Under the pieces are notes generated by a model. It had not been told where the DNA came from, made no database searches, and saw only the letters and a program-made list of their open reading frames with translations. Made by a program: the position numbers and the translations under genes. DNA of 11,051 bases from a virus (Duplodnaviria; Heunggongvirae; Uroviricota; Caudoviricetes): IMG/VR virus record IMGVR_UViG_2671180296_000007, positions 1 through 11,051 of that record; one strand, 5' to 3'. This document shows, piece by piece, positions 7,199 through 11,051 of this stretch (the stretch's first letter is position 1; every line of letters starts with the position of its first letter).

Positions 7199-7229
7199 GA
7201 TTTTTTAAGTCAAAGAGGAATTTCTTACT

Positions 7230-7436
7230 ATGGCTGAAGAGAAAAAAGGCGGTGTTTCGGTGTACATAAGCCCCGAAATCGTGGAGGTGCTCAAGCAGCG
7301 CCACAAAAAAAACTATGAGGCTGGCGTGGCGGCTGGACTGGATCCGCTGATGACGCCGGAGCCGTCGATAGGTTCACTTGTACGCTCTTATTTACTTGCG
7401 GCGCTTGGGATGCATAAAAATTATGGGGGTGAATAA
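7230..7436 (+). CDS. Hypothetical small protein (68 aa), first gene of the capsid operon
   Basis: AAGAGGAA (7213-7220) upstream of ATG 7230. Stop overlaps the capsid gene start (TAATG). No family recognised. Confidence 0.55.
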   Translation: MAEEKKGGVSVYISPEIVEVLKQRHKKNYEAGVAAGLDPLMTPEPSIGSLVRSYLLAALGMHKNYGGE

Positions 7437-8491
7437 TGGCAGGCAAAGCAACGGCACTTAACACTAACCAGCTTTTCGCGTACCTGAATCGCGGGGATAT
7501 TGCGGAATTTAAATTCAGTCCGCTGTTTACCACGCTGTTTTTCCCGAACGTGGCGACATTCAACACCCAAAGCATCATGCTGGACACCCTGGACATTGAA
7601 GAGGTTACGATGTCGGCGTTTTGTTCGCCTATGGTGGGTAGTCAGGTCCAGCGCGATAAAGGGTACGAAACCAGCACGATTAAACCTGGATACATGAAGC
7701 CGAAGCACGAAATCGATCCAACGAAAACCATCATGCGTATGGCTGGAGAAGATCCGGCACAGCTTAATGACCCAACCTATCGCCGTATGCGCCTGATTAC
7801 TGGCAACATGCGCCGCCAGATAAACGCGATTAAAGCGCGCGTGGAATGGCTGGCGGTGAATGCGGTAACGACCGGAAAAAACATCATTGAGGGCGAAGGC
7901 ATAGAACGCTATGAAATCGACTGGAAGATACCGGAAAAAAACATCATAGAGCAGGCCAAAGGCCGTAAATGGTCCGAGCAGGACAAAGAAACCCACGATC
8001 CAATCTATGATATCGAGCTTTATGCGGATCAAGCAGGTTGCCCCTCCAACGTCATGATCATGGGCGCTGAGGTATGGCGAACGTTACGCAGCTTTAAAAA
8101 ATTCCGCGAACTGTACGATCTTTCCCGTGGTTCAGAGTCCTCCGCAGAGCTGGCCTGTAAAAACCTGGGCGAAGTGGTGAGCTTTAAAGGATATCTGGGC
8201 GATATTGCCCTTATCGTCTATTCCGGCAAATACACTGACAGCGACGGCACCGAAAAATATTTCCTTGAGCCTGATTTGCTGGTCCTGGGCAACACCAACA
8301 ATAAAGGGCTGGTGGCCTATGGTGCGATTATGGATCAGGAAGCGGTCAGAACGGGCGCAACGCAAAACATGTTTTACCCGAAAAACTGGATTGAGGACGG
8401 CGATCCGGCGATTGAGTACGTGCAGACGCACAGCGCACCGCAGCCGGTTCCGGCAGATATTCGCAAATTTGTTACCGTCAAAATTGGTTAA
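7436..8491 (+). CDS. Major capsid protein, lambda gpE family
   Basis: 351 aa. Matches to lambda E recalled from memory: FKFSPLFTTLFF (lambda FKFDPLFLRLFF), PGYMKPKHEI (PGYVKPKHEV), DPTYRRMR (DPAYRRRR), SFKGYLGDIALIVYSGKY (SYKGMYGDVAIVVYSGQY), YPKNW, and full-length collinearity. GGGGG RBS 6 nt upstream. Confidence 0.9.
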   Translation: MAGKATALNTNQLFAYLNRGDIAEFKFSPLFTTLFFPNVATFNTQSIMLDTLDIEEVTMSAFCSPMVGSQVQRDKGYETSTIKPGYMKPKHEIDPTKTIMRMAGEDPAQLNDPTYRRMRLITGNMRRQINAIKARVEWLAVNAVTTGKNIIEGEGIERYEIDWKIPEKNIIEQAKGRKWSEQDKETHDPIYDIELYADQAGCPSNVMIMGAEVWRTLRSFKKFRELYDLSRGSESSAELACKNLGEVVSFKGYLGDIALIVYSGKYTDSDGTEKYFLEPDLLVLGNTNNKGLVAYGAIMDQEAVRTGATQNMFYPKNWIEDGDPAIEYVQTHSAPQPVPADIRKFVTVKIG

Positions 8492-8502
8492 CGGGGGATT
8501 CT

Positions 8503-8838
8503 ATGGACACTCCATACATTGAGTTATTTGCAGGCAGTCAGCAGGTTGCCACGACGCTGGTACATTTTGCCGCTGATGCTGGCGTTATTCAGGAATTTAC
8601 CCCGCTGATGCTGGCGGACAATGGCGAATTTAAGCCGTGGGATGGTCAGGAATCTGGCAAGGCTGTTTATCTGACGGCGTATCCCGTGGACACGTCAACG
8701 CAGAAATCAGCACAGTGTTACAAGACGGGGATATTCAATATTGCCGCCGTTAACTGGCCTGAGAGCGTCGACACCGACGCGAAAAAATGTGCCGCCTTTG
8801 CGGGTTCTGGTGTATCTGTTCAGCCGCTGGCGCGATAA
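8503..8838 (+). CDS. Head decoration protein, lambda gpD family
   Basis: 111 aa. TPLMLADNGEFKPWDG and C-terminal YKTGIFNIAAVNWPESVDTDAKKCAAFAGSGVSV parallel lambda D (TPLMLDTSSRKLVAWDG ... [35 protein letters not shown]). Confidence 0.8.
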   Translation: MDTPYIELFAGSQQVATTLVHFAADAGVIQEFTPLMLADNGEFKPWDGQESGKAVYLTAYPVDTSTQKSAQCYKTGIFNIAAVNWPESVDTDAKKCAAFAGSGVSVQPLAR

Positions 8839-8851
8839 GCAGGGGGGAACG

Positions 8852-9265
8852 ATGGCAACGAATGAAAGTATCATGGCGCTACCGCTGGCGAGTAAATTTA
8901 AAGCTGAAGCGCGGGCAATGGCTGACAGATGTCTATCAACCTACGAAGCTATATATCAACTTAACAAACTGGAAGAACAGGACAAGCCGCGCGCTGATGC
9001 GATTATGTCGCTTCATGAATCTGACGACTATCAGCCGCTGTTACGTGCAATGGCAAACGTGCCTTGTATTGATGTTGATACGGCTAAAAACATCCTGAAC
9101 ATGACCATAGAACAGGAACGCCAGAAGGTTGCACCAGAGCTTACCGCAGCCTTTGAAAACTTTATGGACATGCACAGCCCACAAGCCGTATCAGCTGGCA
9201 TGGCATACGATGGCAGAAACCCGGGCGATGACGGCGACATTGATCGCATACTGAAAACCATCTGA
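8852..9265 (+). CDS. Hypothetical acidic protein (137 aa), last gene before cos
   Basis: The track ORF 8741-9265 is trimmed to ATG 8852, preceded by AGGGGGG. It is followed by a terminator and then cos. No family recognised. Confidence 0.55.
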   Translation: MATNESIMALPLASKFKAEARAMADRCLSTYEAIYQLNKLEEQDKPRADAIMSLHESDDYQPLLRAMANVPCIDVDTAKNILNMTIEQERQKVAPELTAAFENFMDMHSPQAVSAGMAYDGRNPGDDGDIDRILKTI

Positions 9266-9271
9266 GACAAG

Positions 9272-9293
9272 GCCGGAGAAATCCGGCTTTTTT
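9272..9293 (+). terminator. Rho-independent terminator
   Basis: Stem gccgga / tccggc with a GAAA loop followed by TTTTTT. Nearly identical to the terminator at 6830-6852. Confidence 0.6.
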
Positions 9294-9500
9294 GCGGGTC
9301 CTTTCCGGCATATGGACCTGTTACGGGGCGGCGACCTCGCGCGTTTTCACTATTTATGAAAATTTTTCGGGATCCATGTCCGGTTTCTCTGCAAGTTAAC
9401 CATATGAAAAATATAAAAACATGCTTTCCATGAACCGGACATGCGCAAAAAAACAGACACTAAAACCGGACATCGTACCCGTTAACCGGAAGTGTGCAAA
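9294..9500 (+). other. Lambda-type cos site, forward orientation (cosQ-like, cosN, candidate cosB)
   Basis: cosQ-like GGGTCCTTTCCGG (9296-9308). GTTACG then the 12-nt cohesive-end sequence GGGCGGCGACCT (9326-9337). Downstream TTTTCACTATTTATGAAAATTTTTCGG closely matches the lambda left end (CGCGGGTTTTCGCTATTTATGAAAATTTTCCGG). Candidate terminase-binding repeats AACCGGACAT at 9433, 9464 and 9484, with an inverted copy at 9374-9384. Confidence 0.8.
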
Positions 9501-9699
9501 AATCACACGCATTGCTGCGCGTGATTAACAATTTATCGGCTTTACTGTTCTGTATAGGCTGGGTGGCGTCATGCCGTAGCCGTTCTCCGTGCCAGCATGG
9601 AATAATCCGTAGTTACAGAGCGGTAAAGTTAAAAATCACTTTCTGTTACGCCATCAAATACGCGATACAACAACCATGTGTTTTTACAAAACCATTTGA

Positions 9700-9898
9700 T
9701 ATCATTGAATTTTTTCACATTAATGACATCAAAATACATCGTAAGGTTGTTGTATTTATTTTATTTTATTTTTACCTTACTTATCAATTAGATATACCAA
9801 ACAATTAAACAACAACCACCCCATCAAAAAATCTCATAAATAGCGAAAAACCGCGAGGTCGCCGCCCCGTAACGGGCCATAATTCCTGGAAGGACCCG
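9700..9898 (-). other. Second lambda-type cos site, inverted orientation (cosQ-like, cosN, different candidate cosB)
   Basis: On the minus strand: cgggtccttccagg ... gttacgGGGCGGCGACCTcgcggtttttcgctatttatga. The cosN core is the complement of 9856-9873. The inward-facing flank carries GGTTGTTGT-type repeats (minus-strand reading), not AACCGGACAT. Confidence 0.7.
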
Positions 9899-9931
9899 AC
9901 GACACCAGACTATCAGAACGATGGGGGCACA

Positions 9932-10213
9932 ATGACAGAAGCCGAACTACTGCGATTAATCCGTCGCGTTGCCGGAATCAGCCAGCAGGCTGACGAACAG
10001 GCCACGCAGCCGGACAGCGTGACCGCAGAAAATTATGTTCGTGTGGTTGCTGAGGTGATGCACCGTGATGGTATCCAGCTTAATGATGCGGATATGCGCG
10101 ACATACGGATCCGCGTTCTTGAAATGCTGGCCTACCGTCGCCGGATACAGACGTACAGGGAAAAAGCCAAAATAACGTACCAGTGGAAGAAGCCGGAGCG
10201 GTTACGGCGGTAA
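9932..10213 (+). CDS. Hypothetical protein (93 aa)
   Basis: GGGGG 5 nt upstream of ATG 9932. First ORF downstream of the cos region. No family recognised. Confidence 0.55.
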   Translation: MTEAELLRLIRRVAGISQQADEQATQPDSVTAENYVRVVAEVMHRDGIQLNDADMRDIRIRVLEMLAYRRRIQTYREKAKITYQWKKPERLRR

Positions 10214-10233
10214 CTTGCTGAAGTTAAAGCATA

Positions 10234-10332
10234 ATGCAAATTTGCACTCTGGCCTAACCCGTTAATATTTCAGCAAAGTGCAAATTTGCGTTCTGTAGCT
10301 GGTGGCTGGCAGAATGTAAATTTACATTCTGG
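10234..10332. repeat. Three tandem about 19-bp repeats, each containing a 12-bp palindrome
   Basis: aTGCAAATTTGCActctgg (10234-10252), gTGCAAATTTGCgttctg (10279-10296), aTGTAAATTTACAttctgg (10314-10332). They lie in a convergent intergenic region between the stops of the flanking genes. Confidence 0.6.
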
Positions 10333-10336
10333 TGAT

Positions 10337-10636
10337 TTAATCATCTGATTTACCCAGCCCGTACCGGATTACCGTACAGTGAGCGCCATCGCTACCGATA
10401 CGCACATCAAAGCGGGGTTCGCGCACTTTCACGCGGTACAGGATCCCATCATTTACCATAGCGTTTAACGTTCGTCGGGTTGCCTCTATGTGATATCGCT
10501 GATATTCGGAACCATAGAGCAGCACTGTCACACCACGAACATCAAAAGGCGGATCTCCGGCCTCCACCCGCACCCAATCGCGATATTCAGGTTTGTAAAG
10601 TTCAAGAATCTGTTTTTTGTGCCTGGTCATTCTCAT
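10337..10636 (-). CDS. Hypothetical protein (99 aa)
   Basis: The track ORF is trimmed to ATG 10636 (MRMTRHKK...), which has AAGGAA 7 nt upstream on the minus strand. The longer N-terminal extension is hydrophobic and low-complexity and lacks an RBS. No family recognised. Confidence 0.5.
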   Translation of the reverse strand: MRMTRHKKQILELYKPEYRDWVRVEAGDPPFDVRGVTVLLYGSEYQRYHIEATRRTLNAMVNDGILYRVKVREPRFDVRIGSDGAHCTVIRYGLGKSDD

Positions 10637-10742
10637 GTGTGATTCCTTATTGTGGGACAGTACTGTCATACAATAAGCTATGAGGGAAATTATCAAAAGA
10701 ACGGAAACCAACCATTCAGATTTAACAGGTATCAATGGGATT

Positions 10743-11051
10743 ATGCTTATGGTGCATGATGACAAAGCGGAAGAACTGGAAGCGAAAGGTTTATGGCGAC
10801 GGGCGGCTAATCGCTGGGGTGAGTTACTGAAACAGGCGGCAAGTGATGAAGCGCGTCAGTATGTAACGGAACGACGAACGGCATGTATCCGGAAGGCAAC
10901 CATAACCCGGGAACCGGAAAGAGACCTGATTTGTGCCATAAGAACCGCCGCCACAAAAACACTAACGGACATGGGGATCGACCTGAAAAAAGAAGATCCA
11001 CTGCGGGGCATTCAGCACGGACATACAAAGCGGGATAAACGCAGGAAGTAA
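10743..11051 (+). CDS. PerC-family transcriptional regulator-like protein
   Basis: N-terminal AEELEAKGLWRRAANRWGELL recalls the conserved PerC/Pch-family motif, from memory and not searched. Start is uncertain (10680, 10743 or 10749); 10743 is chosen to leave room for a divergent promoter. The perfect palindrome GACAGTACTGTC (10656-10667) lies in the intergenic region. Confidence 0.45.
   Translation: MLMVHDDKAEELEAKGLWRRAANRWGELLKQAASDEARQYVTERRTACIRKATITREPERDLICAIRTAATKTLTDMGIDLKKEDPLRGIQHGHTKRDKRRK

Noticed and set aside
7421-8032. 203-aa minus-strand ORF
   Set aside because: Antisense to the strongly supported major capsid gene; no RBS.
9494-9808. 104-aa ORF inside the spacer between the two cos sites
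   Set aside because: AT-rich, low-complexity, Cys/Phe/Ile-rich translation with no RBS. The region is better explained as cosB-type terminase-binding DNA.
9296-9898. 65-bp inverted repeats flanking 480 bp, superficially like a MITE or IS terminal inverted repeats
   Set aside because: The arms are lambda cosQ-cosN sequences, no transposase is encoded, and no target-site duplication is evident.
10234-10332. Possible CRISPR array
   Set aside because: Only three copies, irregular 35-45 bp spacing, and the repeats are short palindromes with A/T centres. No leader-like sequence and no cas genes.

Overview
The window reads as a compact integrated phage-satellite-like island (PICI / P4-like architecture, enterobacterial in style), all calls made by eye from sequence and the ORF track with no database search. 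Left to right: a P4-type tyrosine integrase at the window edge, an AlpA-family regulator, a divergent regulatory switch with a 59-aa minus-strand protein, an Icd-like protein carrying two copies of its motif, two unknown small proteins, a P4-alpha-type primase/helicase followed by an iteron-rich origin, and an SSB. Downstream is a minimal lambda-type head-shell module (major capsid protein E homologue plus decoration protein D homologue) with no portal, protease, terminase or tail genes in the window. The most striking feature is the cos content: one degenerate cos-like copy upstream of the capsid module and two intact lambda-type cosQ-cosN sites downstream, in inverted orientation, facing each other across a 480-bp AT-rich spacer with different repeat families on each side. 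The right end carries three tandem palindromic repeats and a PerC-like regulator. No rRNA, tRNA, CRISPR array or transposase was seen. The integration site (att) is presumably left of position 1 and is not visible.
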